IMG/VR virus record: IMGVR_UViG_3300007513_000001
Coordinates: 1-64,000 of that record
Direction: 5' to 3' (one strand)
Length of the DNA: 64,000 nt
Shown here: in pieces, positions 43,981 through 53,602 of the stretch
How positions within the stretch are numbered: position 1 is the stretch's first letter
How the letters are laid out: each line of letters starts with the position of its first letter
Translations under genes and position numbers: made by a program
Notes under the pieces: generated by a model
What the model was told of the DNA's origin: nothing
Database searches by the model: none
What the model saw: the letters and a program-made list of their open reading frames with translations, nothing else

Positions 43981-44143
43981 AGTATTATCGATTTCGCCGA
44001 GGGATAGGGGAGAAAAACTGCCGCGCCGAACATTATGAGAGACATGAGACGGGGAGCGCTGAGTAGTGATAATCGCTCGCTGGGACCAACACATTAACGA
44101 TTCTCTTCTCTATCCCTCGGCCTTTTCTTTAATGGAAACAAAC

Positions 44144-44338
44144 ATGAACATCGATCCTAATTTTGTCCCGCAAGAACAAACCCTCCGTGAGAGGGAATCC
44201 ATGTACAGGGCAGTTAACTACAAGTATACTAAGCTCGATTACGCCAAGGATGCACTCGCAGCACTGTTTCTTACAAGCGCAGTTATCACTATGGTGTACT
44301 TCGCGTTTGCTCTAGACGCAATTTTTGCCAGTATGTAA
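44144..44338 (+). CDS. small membrane protein
   Basis: C-terminal TM helix. Confidence 0.5.
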   Translation: MNIDPNFVPQEQTLRERESMYRAVNYKYTKLDYAKDALAALFLTSAVITMVYFAFALDAIFASM

Positions 44339-44356
44339 AAAAATAATTGTTGATTC

Positions 44357-44386
44357 TGTAAAATTTCACCCTATTTATGGTATAAT
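44357..44386 (+). promoter_or_regulatory. early-type promoter TGTAAA-N18-TATAAT
   Basis: Motif match. Confidence 0.8.
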
Positions 44387-44412
44387 AGTACTATAAGGTA
44401 AGGAGCAGTTCA

Positions 44413-45831
44413 ATGGCCGCGAAAGCAAAAAACACCACTTCCGCAGACGTCCCCACCAACGAGCGCTATAGCGCGACTCAAGCTGAGGCTGATGCATTCG
44501 ACATGGACCGATACATGGTCCGCCTGATGTGGGACGAGCCGTTCTACGCCAAGGTTCTTCGAGGTATCAATAAGAAGCGTTCAATGGAGATCCCCACTGC
44601 AGGAGTCGGCGTCCAGGACGGACGTACTTACTACTACTGGAATCCCCGCTTCGTTGCCAGCTTGGAGAAGGACGAAGGCCCTGAGAAGATTATCGGCCTC
44701 GGGATTCACGAATGCCTCCACCTTGCATACGGTCACTGCACCACGCGGCGCTACAAGGACCATCCTCGGATTAGCAACTACGCTGCTGACCTGGCGATTA
44801 ACTGCCAGATCCCAGTGGAAAAGCTTCCTTCCTGCGGCATCTGGCCTGGCAAGACTTTCGAACCGGTGTCGGATGAGATTCGAGAGAAGATCGGTGACAA
44901 GCGCGCAGACAAGTTTGATAAGCTGTCGAAGTTCATCGAAGATCTTCCCCTCTTTCTCTCCATGGAAGAATATTATTCTCTCCTCATGCAGGACAAGGAC
45001 CTCCAGGATGCTATTGAAGGCGAGCCTGGGGAAGGACAAGGCGGAACCGGTCGTCCCGGTGAAGGTGCTCCTGGTGATGGTTCTGGTGATGATGGATTCG
45101 GTTCCGGAATGCCCGGTGGAATGGATGACCACGACGCTTGGGGCGACATGTCTGAAGAGGACCGCGCAGTAGCAGAAGCGGAAGTCAAGCAGGCCATGGC
45201 TGATGCAGCTAAGGAATGCGATCAAAAGGGTTCCTGGGGTTCGGTCCCTGCAGAGACCCGCGCTGAAATCCGTCGGATGATTGCCAACGAGATTCCATGG
45301 CAGTCGGTCCTTAAGAAGTTCGTCGGAATGAGCCGCCGTTCGGTTCGCCGGACATCCTGGAGCAAGATTAATAAAAAGAATCCTATGCTGACACCAGGAA
45401 GTAAGCGTTCGATGACCGCTTCAATCGCAGTCTACATCGATCAGTCGGGTTCGGTTGGTAACGATGAGTTGGAGATGCTGTTCGCTGAATTGGGTGGGCT
45501 GGCTAAGAAGACTGAGTTTACCACCTTCCACTTCGATACCTCTATCGATACAGATAGCGAGACAGTATGGAAGAAGGGTCGCACTCCCCAGGCACACCGG
45601 ACACGGTGCGGCGGAACCTGCTTCAACGCAGTAGTTAAGCATGCCAACAAGAACAAGCACCGCTTCGACGGTATCCTCATCCTTACCGATGGTTACGCTC
45701 CGGCACCGAAGCCCTGCCGCCTGAAGGTTGGTTGGGTTATCACTCCCAGCGGAACTACCGAGCCCTGGATGCAGGGTACCCGGAACTTCGTCATTCCGAT
45801 GAAGGAGCCCAAGGTTTCGCGGGCGGCATAA
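44413..45831 (+). CDS. DUF2201-type metallopeptidase-like + VWA domain protein (MoxR partner)
   Basis: IHECLH; Gly/Asp linker; IDQSGS MIDAS; GGT; ILTDG. Confidence 0.85.
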   Translation: MAAKAKNTTSADVPTNERYSATQAEADAFDMDRYMVRLMWDEPFYAKVLRGINKKRSMEIPTAGVGVQDGRTYYYWNPRFVASLEKDEGPEKIIGLGIHECLHLAYGHCTTRRYKDHPRISNYAADLAINCQIPVEKLPSCGIWPGKTFEPVSDEIREKIGDKRADKFDKLSKFIEDLPLFLSMEEYYSLLMQDKDLQDAIEGEPGEGQGGTGRPGEGAPGDGSGDDGFGSGMPGGMDDHDAWGDMSEEDRAVAEAEVKQAMADAAKECDQKGSWGSVPAETRAEIRRMIANEIPWQSVLKKFVGMSRRSVRRTSWSKINKKNPMLTPGSKRSMTASIAVYIDQSGSVGNDELEMLFAELGGLAKKTEFTTFHFDTSIDTDSETVWKKGRTPQAHRTRCGGTCFNAVVKHANKNKHRFDGILILTDGYAPAPKPCRLKVGWVITPSGTTEPWMQGTRNFVIPMKEPKVSRAA

Positions 45832-45908
45832 AATAGAAATAACTCCGTTAGCTGCATACTTATAACTGTCTAATACAGACATGACATAACAGCTTTCGGA
45901 GGTAACCC

Positions 45909-46085
45909 ATGCACCTATATCAAGAAGGGCAAGTCTGGAGAAACAGACTCAGACCAGAACAATGGTTTTTAGTAGTAGATACGGAGGGCGAACACGTACA
46001 GATCAGTGAAGCTAATAAGCAGACTAAATGGCTACATCATTCCCTGCTCGGGAACTGCTATGAGTTATTAAAGGAAGCTGAATAG
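45909..46085 (+). CDS. 58-aa hypothetical protein (not in ORF track)
   Basis: GGAGG RBS; EGQVW...LVVD. Confidence 0.55.
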   Translation: MHLYQEGQVWRNRLRPEQWFLVVDTEGEHVQISEANKQTKWLHHSLLGNCYELLKEAE

Positions 46086-46087
46086 AG

Positions 46088-46300
46088 GTTACTGTTACTT
46101 AATACAGACTATTCTGTTACTGTTACTTTATTATTTTATTTAATGTAACACTATAAATGTATCAGATGGGGGCCCATATATGGGGGCCTCATTTCACCCC
46201 TGCTGGGGCCCCATCGAAGGCCCCCATTTTTGCTTCTGAGGGCCCCATCTGAGGCCCCTCTGCGGCTCAATCGGGCTTCTCCGCCGGGCGGTTGCCTAAG
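46088..46300. repeat. non-coding AT-rich repeats followed by six GGCC-core elements
   Basis: CTGTTAC repeats, TGTAACACTAT, then GGGGGCCC/GGCCCC clusters. Confidence 0.6.
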
Positions 46301-46643
46301 GTCGTGTATTTTTTTTTCTAGAAATTTTTTGAAACCAAACGCCTTTTTTCTCAGCGCAGTTAAAAATAGAAAGTACCCCCAAGTGAAAAAAACTTCCCGA
46401 GAAAATCTGAGAACTAAACCGGTTTGTGAGCGCGGTTAATATTTAAAAAGAGTAAGGACGTTAATGAATGCTCAATAAACTCAAGAAACGAATCAAGGAA
46501 AGGGTAAAAGCTAAGGGCAGTGCCATTGTCAGCAAAGTCGGTACCGAACTCCTACAGAACCCTACGGTCATAACCGCATACCTCATGTGGATCGAGTGGA
46601 CACAGGGTGTACACAGTACAAGTAAAGAATAGGATTAACAAGG

Positions 46644-46979
46644 ATGAGAGTAACGGTTAAGCAATTACAGGAATTGGTGGCGGATGCTCGGAGCGAACTT
46701 TCCGAGGCGCAAGCACAATCCCTCAATCCAGTCGGAGACCCTGTCTCCGACGTGCTGCTTGGCGAGTTTCTAGAAGACGTGGCTATCGAGTTAATGCATG
46801 TATACGACGAAGACCCCACCGTGCCAAAGAGGTTAGGAGGCCTAGATTCATATGAAGCCCAAGTGGCCGAGGTACTCGGCTTGGTAGAGGCTTATGTACG
46901 TAATCGCCTATTAGACCTTTGGGCAGGTGAGTATGCGGGTACTGTACCCTTTAATGAGGCTGATTATGTCGGTGAATAG
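46644..46979 (+). CDS. MKITKRQL-leader family protein (divergent leader)
   Basis: MRVTVKQLQELVAD; ends LWAGEY. Confidence 0.6.
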   Translation: MRVTVKQLQELVADARSELSEAQAQSLNPVGDPVSDVLLGEFLEDVAIELMHVYDEDPTVPKRLGGLDSYEAQVAEVLGLVEAYVRNRLLDLWAGEYAGTVPFNEADYVGE

Positions 46980-47273
46980 TGTATCTCGTTATAACTCTTA
47001 TCGAGTTCATCCCGTTAGTCACTCCGATGGTTCACCAACGAGAGACGACCGTTATCCGCGACATACACCGTTAAAAGAATATAAGACTGAACGGCAATTA
47101 ACTAATTCTGAAAATAAAGTGACTCAGCCATCGATGGTCGGTGTATTCTTAGATCGGTGGGCCTAACGCGGTTTTCTTCCGTATTCATTTTAATTTATTG
47201 TGCTCGCGAGTATAGTTATTGGTACTATCGACGATATACATATCTATAGTTTTGTCTAGGGAGGAGAATAGCA

Positions 47274-47585
47274 ATGCCTTTTATAATTCGCACATTACGC
47301 GCGTGGGCTTCTGTTATATCACACCGAGCGGCTTATATGTTCTATCATATAGTAGACCAAAGTACCATGAGAGATTACGGATTGATCGCTGTTAAAGGAA
47401 ATCGGGCCTGGAATCATTATTTAGTGGACCGGGATGATAGTCGCGATCCGCGACCGGAAGACCGGTCGCATTTTTTTAATTTTGGGGGCCTGTTTTTTCC
47501 GAACGAGGCGGGCCGAAACTGCCTCCCGGCAGTTTCTTGGACCGCTCATAAAAACCAATTGGTCCGGATAAAGCAAAAATATTAA
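47274..47585 (+). CDS. hypothetical protein
   Basis: GGAGGAG RBS. Confidence 0.5.
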   Translation: MPFIIRTLRAWASVISHRAAYMFYHIVDQSTMRDYGLIAVKGNRAWNHYLVDRDDSRDPRPEDRSHFFNFGGLFFPNEAGRNCLPAVSWTAHKNQLVRIKQKY

Positions 47586-47603
47586 TCGAAAAACGAGGTT
47601 ATT

Positions 47604-47936
47604 GTGAAAGTTACAAAGAGACAATTAAAAAGAATTATTGAACAAGCCACGGCGCTGCAGGAGCCAATGACTCCTAAATACGTTCATAATTCGCTGATGG
47701 GCAAGAGCGTTCTTAGCGGGGTCGCCTTTATGGATATCGCCATGAATGCAATTAGCGCCGGTGATTTTGTGGCGGCTGCTGATGCAGTTATGGATTCGCT
47801 AATGATAGACGACACCGCGCCAGGAGACGAAGAAGAACTAGCTGATTTACTTTCTACAGCCCAAACCGCAGAAGATGTCGCTATGATAGGTGCAGACTGG
47901 GGCACAAGAAAATTTAGAACGCATTTTGCAGGATAA
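47604..47936 (+). CDS. MKITKRQL-leader family protein
   Basis: MKVTKRQLKRIIEQ. Confidence 0.75.
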   Translation: MKVTKRQLKRIIEQATALQEPMTPKYVHNSLMGKSVLSGVAFMDIAMNAISAGDFVAAADAVMDSLMIDDTAPGDEEELADLLSTAQTAEDVAMIGADWGTRKFRTHFAG

Positions 47937-47939
47937 AAA

Positions 47940-48191
47940 ATGAGAGTTACGAAAAGACAACTTCGAAGCATTATTAAAGAGCAAATCCTCCAAGAGAAGA
48001 TGGGCACCGATGTTTATAAAGTCGTCATGCGAACTCTCAGCAAACAAGGTCCGAAGACTCATCAAGAATTATTGGCTACACTACTTAGCGATTACCCAGG
48101 CGCTTCTGATGAAGAATTAGATAGATATATTGACAGCTTTGAAGAGAGTGGTGATATTATTTACGATAGAAGAAGTCAAAAATATAGATAG
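47940..48191 (+). CDS. MKITKRQL-leader family protein (winged-helix-like body)
   Basis: MRVTKRQLRSIIKEQILQE. Confidence 0.75.
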   Translation: MRVTKRQLRSIIKEQILQEKMGTDVYKVVMRTLSKQGPKTHQELLATLLSDYPGASDEELDRYIDSFEESGDIIYDRRSQKYR

Positions 48192-48200
48192 GTAAACAAT

Positions 48201-48437
48201 ATGAAAATCACGAAACGACAGTTAAAGAGAATTATCAAAGAAGAGAAGGCAAAATCGATTAAAGAGTCGAGATATATGAGCTCTCATGAAGAAAAAGCTC
48301 TCCCCAGCCAAAATGCTGACAGCATCCTCCTTGATCTCGAGTCGCTTCTTGACATGAATTATCACATTTTTACAGACGCTGAAAGTAATATACTTGAACA
48401 GGCACTAGAGATCATGAATAAGCTTCGAGGCCAATAA
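48201..48437 (+). CDS. MKITKRQL-leader family protein
   Basis: MKITKRQLKRIIKEE. Confidence 0.75.
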   Translation: MKITKRQLKRIIKEEKAKSIKESRYMSSHEEKALPSQNADSILLDLESLLDMNYHIFTDAESNILEQALEIMNKLRGQ

Positions 48438-48781
48438 TGAAGATCCCAAGACGACAACTTAGAAGAATCATTCGAGAATCAATTGATGATTGGGGCATGG
48501 GTCCGGATGTTGTCGGAAGATCAGGTCGTTCTTACGGCGCTGACTCTAAAGACGACGGCAGTCATTTCAGGGATGTGATTGTCATGAGCCCTAATGGAGA
48601 TTCAGTTTTGGTTGACGGAAAAGAAACCTACATTCAAGATGTCCCAATGCAATTGGAGCTAATGGGTTTTCCAATGAGCGATATAGATGCAGATAATTTA
48701 ATATTCGCACTAGAAGAATCAATGGCCGATGGCTATGTAGAGCTTGAAGTTAAGTATGAAAATGGAGTATGGAGCTGGTAA
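48437..48781 (+). CDS. MKITKRQL-leader family protein
   Basis: MKIPRRQLRRIIRES. Confidence 0.75.
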   Translation: MKIPRRQLRRIIRESIDDWGMGPDVVGRSGRSYGADSKDDGSHFRDVIVMSPNGDSVLVDGKETYIQDVPMQLELMGFPMSDIDADNLIFALEESMADGYVELEVKYENGVWSW

Positions 48782-49104
48782 TGAAAATCACGAAACGACA
48801 ACTTAGAAAGATTATTAAAGAAGAGAAACTCATGCTTATTACTGAGCAGAGCGTTCCGCAAGGGTTAATAGAGAATCTAAATAATGCCATGATTGCTATT
48901 TTAGACCATTTAGAAAACAATGCGGATCAGCGCGTAGATCCTGAAGATATTCCTCTTCAAGCACTAGAGATAATAGAAGAAGAAGTTGCTGGGTTTAAAG
49001 AGTATTTGGGCTCCGGATATGATGCTGGTGGATGGGATGAAGCCGATCAGGATTATGCCGATCAACAGTATGCCGAACAACATGGCAACCCTTGGGATGA
49101 ATAA
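48781..49104 (+). CDS. MKITKRQL-leader family protein
   Basis: MKITKRQLRKIIKEE. Confidence 0.75.
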   Translation: MKITKRQLRKIIKEEKLMLITEQSVPQGLIENLNNAMIAILDHLENNADQRVDPEDIPLQALEIIEEEVAGFKEYLGSGYDAGGWDEADQDYADQQYAEQHGNPWDE

Positions 49105-49105
49105 A

Positions 49106-49897
49106 ATGAAAATTACAAAGAGACAGCTTAGAAGAATTATTCGAGAAGCCGGCCGGACCGAACACGACGCCGAAGCTCGTGGTATGGCGGCTGCATATCG
49201 CCAAGGTTACAATGATGCCTATCGTGGGCCCGGGTTTAAACGCCGCGGCGGCGGCGCTGAGTATCGTAGAGGATACGAAAAGGGAGTTGCTGATGTAGAA
49301 GAAGGTAAGCCCCCACCCGACGACTTTCGCCCAGCACGGCGCATTCGAGAAGCCGAAGGCTCTACCAAGAAATATGACGATGACTCTGCTCTGAAGGGCG
49401 GCCAAAGTAAGTTACCTGATGGACTTCAAAAGGGTATTATTGATAAGACTGTTGAAGACCGAGAGCAGCGCGAAGAAGAAGAGAGAAAAGAGAAGAACGA
49501 ATCTATCAGAATCACAAGAAGTCAGCTTAGAAGAATTATTAAAGAAGAGAAGCAAAAAATGCTTAATGAGTGGGGATCACGTCCTGAAACGGGCCTTCCA
49601 CTAATTGATTTTGCAAATGCTTATGCTGGCCTGGGAGATGCTGTACAATCACAAGTAGATGCTGTTGTTGCAGCCTACGTTAATGGGGGCGGTCCTGATA
49701 GTGAAAACTTTCGAGAGACTGTATATGAACAAAACCCAAACGCCATTGACATGGCAATGGAAAGGATTGGGCGTTTATACCTTGACGATTCAGATGATTA
49801 CCAACAAATCGTTGAAGCATTGGAATATGCTCAAAGTATTTATGAAGAAGGCGATGCAGAAGTTGAAGCTGATGCTATGGCGGCTGGAGATAGATAG
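49106..49897 (+). CDS. MKITKRQL-leader family protein with internal second leader
   Basis: MKITKRQLRRIIREA; internal IRITRSQLRRIIKEE. Confidence 0.75.
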   Translation: MKITKRQLRRIIREAGRTEHDAEARGMAAAYRQGYNDAYRGPGFKRRGGGAEYRRGYEKGVADVEEGKPPPDDFRPARRIREAEGSTKKYDDDSALKGGQSKLPDGLQKGIIDKTVEDREQREEEERKEKNESIRITRSQLRRIIKEEKQKMLNEWGSRPETGLPLIDFANAYAGLGDAVQSQVDAVVAAYVNGGGPDSENFRETVYEQNPNAIDMAMERIGRLYLDDSDDYQQIVEALEYAQSIYEEGDAEVEADAMAAGDR

Positions 49898-50371
49898 ATG
49901 AAAATCACAAGACGCCAACTCTGCAAAATCATTAAAGAAGCAACAAATTTAACGAGTGGGTTGTTTGCTAAGCCCATGGCGTATGGCGGCATGTATGTGG
50001 AGACATCAGATGGGGAACATATTGGTATAGGAGAAATGTTATTACATCTTGTTGACGCTGGTGACACCGCATTTTTTGATACTGATGATGGGCTCGACCC
50101 GGAAAATCTCGAGAAGATCCTGTCTCGAGACAACGAAGGAGTTCAGGGAGGCGCACGAAAGTGGGACTCGGATGTATTCGAGCAGTATTATGGCGTAAAT
50201 CTCGTCAAGCTCGTTAATCGTTATGCTTACAATAAAAAGCTCCGGCCCGTGCATTGGCTCGGCGAAGATGGTGAGATGCCATCAGACGTTGCTTGGCGGG
50301 AACAAAACAACCCTCCAGAGCCTGAGTACGAAGATGATGGCACAAACAAATTTGAGGAACAGTATTCATGA
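49898..50371 (+). CDS. MKITKRQL-leader family protein
   Basis: MKITRRQLCKIIKEA. Confidence 0.75.
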   Translation: MKITRRQLCKIIKEATNLTSGLFAKPMAYGGMYVETSDGEHIGIGEMLLHLVDAGDTAFFDTDDGLDPENLEKILSRDNEGVQGGARKWDSDVFEQYYGVNLVKLVNRYAYNKKLRPVHWLGEDGEMPSDVAWREQNNPPEPEYEDDGTNKFEEQYS

Positions 50372-50655
50372 AAATCACCAAACGTCAGCTTAGAAACATT
50401 ATTACCGAGCTTGGTATCGATCGCATGACGAGTGGTGATAATGATCCGCGTCTTGATGACCCCGATGATATGACCCTTAGCATTGAGCTTTGGGAAAAGA
50501 TTGTTGAGCACCTTCAAGCAATAAATGATATTTTTGATAGTGACGCGGGACGACAACTCATCGTTACCGGTGGAGACGATGCGTTACAAAAAGGCGCAAT
50601 CCAAGATGCATTACCCTGGGCCCAAGACTGGCTTCAGTACATGAAGGAAGAATAA
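50368..50655 (+). CDS. MKITKRQL-leader family protein
   Basis: MKITKRQLRNIITEL. Confidence 0.75.
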   Translation: MKITKRQLRNIITELGIDRMTSGDNDPRLDDPDDMTLSIELWEKIVEHLQAINDIFDSDAGRQLIVTGGDDALQKGAIQDALPWAQDWLQYMKEE

Positions 50656-50656
50656 A

Positions 50657-50977
50657 ATGAAAATCACAAAAAGACAACTTAGAAAAATCATTAAAGAATC
50701 TGTGACAGATACAATTCCCTACGAAGCCGCGGCAGAACAGTCGGCAGCTAAAGTAGCCGATCTTTTCTATAAAGATATGATGGCACTATTCGAAGAGACT
50801 CCCGAAGCTTTCGAGGGTCGTACGAATAGACTGGAGTGGGAAGAACAAGTCGTTTATGCTATACAAGAAATTGAGACCGGCATAACCGCAGCAATCGAAG
50901 AAGTTATACAAAGAATCGAAACTCAACTTCACGACGGTGAATATGATACCGGCGGTGAAACTGGAGCATACGGGTGA
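50657..50977 (+). CDS. MKITKRQL-leader family protein
   Basis: MKITKRQLRKIIKES; ends LHDGEY. Confidence 0.75.
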   Translation: MKITKRQLRKIIKESVTDTIPYEAAAEQSAAKVADLFYKDMMALFEETPEAFEGRTNRLEWEEQVVYAIQEIETGITAAIEEVIQRIETQLHDGEYDTGGETGAYG

Positions 50978-50980
50978 ATT

Positions 50981-51760
50981 ATGAAAATTAATAAAAACAA
51001 ATTAAAGCAAATAATCAAAGAAGTTCGAATGGTACATGCTCGTCCTTCGCCAATGAAATCTAGAGCTAACTCAGAAACTATAGAAGCTATAAAAAATCAG
51101 CGCTTAGTAGAATATGAACAGTATGTCGATGAAGATGGCAATGTCTACGATGACGAGGGCAATGTAAGTCGTCGAGGCCGGAGCTTTGGAAGACAATATG
51201 GTGGTCAAACATACACTGGAACTCGACCTCCATGGAGCGGAAGAAGCAAATATAAGTCTACAAGAAAAACTTCGTATGTTGGCGCTGATTCTAACGCAGA
51301 TCAAATTGCAGCTGTAGAAGCTGCTATAGCTGTTAAGCCAAACAATTTTCTAACTTCTATATTAAAACAACTCAAAAAAGGCCGAGGTTTGAGTGCAAAG
51401 CAAAAATCAATTGTAAAGAAAATTATTGTTAAAAATGACGCAGAAGCAGCAAAGCTTTTCGAAGGTCGTAGAATGAAAATCACCAAACGCCAACTTAGAA
51501 GAATTATTAAAGAAGAGAGGCAGACACTCCTTAAAGAATATTCTGACTATCCTTCGTGGCTAGATTTATCAGACCAAGTAGACGATATTTCGGAGATGTT
51601 AGACATGGCTGCTGACAAGTATGTTACAAGTGCCTGGTTGTTTAGTGGTGAGAACGAAGGAAATGCTATTGCTGATGGTGTAGCCGAAAAATTAGAGCAG
51701 CTTTATAGAGATGCTGAAGCTTTAGGCGGATTGATTCGTGGAAGCGGAGCAATTAAATAA
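50981..51760 (+). CDS. MKITKRQL-leader family fusion of two cassettes
   Basis: MKINKNKLKQIIKEV; in-frame MKITKRQLRRIIKEE at 51473. Confidence 0.75.
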   Translation: MKINKNKLKQIIKEVRMVHARPSPMKSRANSETIEAIKNQRLVEYEQYVDEDGNVYDDEGNVSRRGRSFGRQYGGQTYTGTRPPWSGRSKYKSTRKTSYVGADSNADQIAAVEAAIAVKPNNFLTSILKQLKKGRGLSAKQKSIVKKIIVKNDAEAAKLFEGRRMKITKRQLRRIIKEERQTLLKEYSDYPSWLDLSDQVDDISEMLDMAADKYVTSAWLFSGENEGNAIADGVAEKLEQLYRDAEALGGLIRGSGAIK

Positions 51761-52281
51761 TGAAAATCACAAAAAGACAACTTAAACAGATTATCAAGGA
51801 AGGTATTGATATCTTGAACTCCGAGACCGGCGAGCTTCTGGTATTTGAAGATGACTGGCAGGATGGCAGTGCTGACGCACCAGAGGCTGCTGCTAGAGAC
51901 ATAATGAAGCGCTTGAATATAACCGAGCTTCCATCGAACTGGGGCCGGGAGGATGGGGTTGAGACAATCGAGGTTACTCCCGATGACTGGGCGCTGATAG
52001 ATGTGGAGCTGCGCGGCAAACGACGCTATCGCAAAAATAAGAGAGAGCAGGAACGTTTGGATATTGATAATCTTCTTGCAAGAGCAGACCAGTGGGCAAT
52101 GGATGCTAGTGGTGATTATGGAGCCGACAACCCAGAAGTAGATATGCAAGATATAGCTTGGGATCTTGCTGCAGGCGCCAAGTATGAATTTAGAGAAGAT
52201 GAGTGGGATGAACTTATTTGGCACTTTGATAACAGCGAAGACGAGCTTCTAACTTTTATTGCGGACAGGATTGCAGGATAA
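51760..52281 (+). CDS. MKITKRQL-leader family protein
   Basis: MKITKRQLKQIIKEG. Confidence 0.75.
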   Translation: MKITKRQLKQIIKEGIDILNSETGELLVFEDDWQDGSADAPEAAARDIMKRLNITELPSNWGREDGVETIEVTPDDWALIDVELRGKRRYRKNKREQERLDIDNLLARADQWAMDASGDYGADNPEVDMQDIAWDLAAGAKYEFREDEWDELIWHFDNSEDELLTFIADRIAG

Positions 52282-52385
52282 CAATGAAATATTTAGATTT
52301 AATATTAGAAGACTTGGAATATGCTCTTGTAGTAGAACTCGAAGACTTATATGATATTTGGTCATGGCATCCAGGGATGGGATAA

Positions 52386-52715
52386 ATGAGAATCACAAAG
52401 AGACAGCTTAGAAGAATCGTTCATGAAGCCATGGTGACCAAAGGGACACCATATTCCAGAAATCCGAGTTTTAAACTCCCTTATCGAGGAACTGGATATG
52501 GCGGGCGAAGAATAATCTCTCGAGATAGAGCGTGGCTTGAATTTGTCCCTCGGGGGTCAGATCCCCTAACGCCAGAAGACATGTTTAGATCAGTGACACT
52601 TTTAGAAATCGATGATCCAGAAATTTTAAAAGCTCTCCAGTCAGGCGCACCAAAATCGATGGGGCCACTAGACAGCTATGATGTTTATAGCGTATACGCA
52701 ACTACTGCGGGGTAA
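52386..52715 (+). CDS. MKITKRQL-leader family protein
   Basis: MRITKRQLRRIVHEA. Confidence 0.75.
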   Translation: MRITKRQLRRIVHEAMVTKGTPYSRNPSFKLPYRGTGYGGRRIISRDRAWLEFVPRGSDPLTPEDMFRSVTLLEIDDPEILKALQSGAPKSMGPLDSYDVYSVYATTAG

Positions 52716-52717
52716 AA

Positions 52718-53074
52718 ATGAGAATCACAAGACGACAGCTTAAAAGAATTATCAAGGAATATGGAAGCGGCTATTCAAGTAATAGTCCACCCTCAAAACA
52801 ATCTAACTGGCGCGGGTTTGCAGATGCGTTGGATATCGGTGTACTCGATCTAGATGAAATTGCTTACGACTTAGGGTTTCAAGATTTCAGAGATATGGAT
52901 GCCAGTATAACCCCTGATCGTTTATCTAAGCGTGACCCGGGCTCATTCCTTGCCGCTGTTCGTAATTTTGCATTGTCCGTCGATGGACTAGATGACCGCG
53001 AGATTCTGCAGGTTGCAGGAACGCCATCCGATCTTTTAGATCGTGACTCACTTGTTAGAAGAACCACTTATTAG
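52718..53074 (+). CDS. MKITKRQL-leader family protein
   Basis: MRITRRQLKRIIKEY. Confidence 0.75.
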   Translation: MRITRRQLKRIIKEYGSGYSSNSPPSKQSNWRGFADALDIGVLDLDEIAYDLGFQDFRDMDASITPDRLSKRDPGSFLAAVRNFALSVDGLDDREILQVAGTPSDLLDRDSLVRRTTY

Positions 53075-53083
53075 GATATTCTC

Positions 53084-53602
53084 GTGAAAATAACTAAAAA
53101 ACAAATAAAAAGAATCATAAGAGAATTTTATTCAGTTGATGTTGAAAATTATCTTCGCGCTAACGCAGCAGAATATCATAAAGATCCTTCACTAGATTTT
53201 GCATCTATAAAAATGCTTTTAATGGACGATTTCATGGACAATGTTGGATACAGCGAAGATCCTTCTCAATATGAACAACTTATTAATCAACTTGCAGCTG
53301 GAGAAGATATTAGAGAATCTCTTTTAAAAGAAACACCTGTCGGCGCTTTTGAGAATTGGGAAGCTATAAGAGATTCCATCGCACACCAGCTCTGGGAACT
53401 TGGTACAATATCTGGAATGGAGTTAGTTTCTGCAGTTCAAGGAGGGTATAATTGGGCTTCACCCCCAGCACAAAATGACATATTTTCTGTATTAGACCAA
53501 ATGCTAGAAGAAGATGAAGTTGATTTTGATGTAGAAGAAGACGAATGGAGCCTAAGTGATCGTGGCAATTACTATGATTACATGAAAGGATTTAAGTCAT
53601 GA
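53084..53602 (+). CDS. MKITKRQL-leader family protein
   Basis: MKITKKQIKRIIREF; internal IRESLLKE. Confidence 0.75.
   Translation: MKITKKQIKRIIREFYSVDVENYLRANAAEYHKDPSLDFASIKMLLMDDFMDNVGYSEDPSQYEQLINQLAAGEDIRESLLKETPVGAFENWEAIRDSIAHQLWELGTISGMELVSAVQGGYNWASPPAQNDIFSVLDQMLEEDEVDFDVEEDEWSLSDRGNYYDYMKGFKS

Noticed and set aside
42585-45882. Long minus-strand ORFs (42585-43700, 44581-45225, 45421-45882)
   Set aside because: Antisense shadows of GC-rich genes that carry clear + strand motifs.
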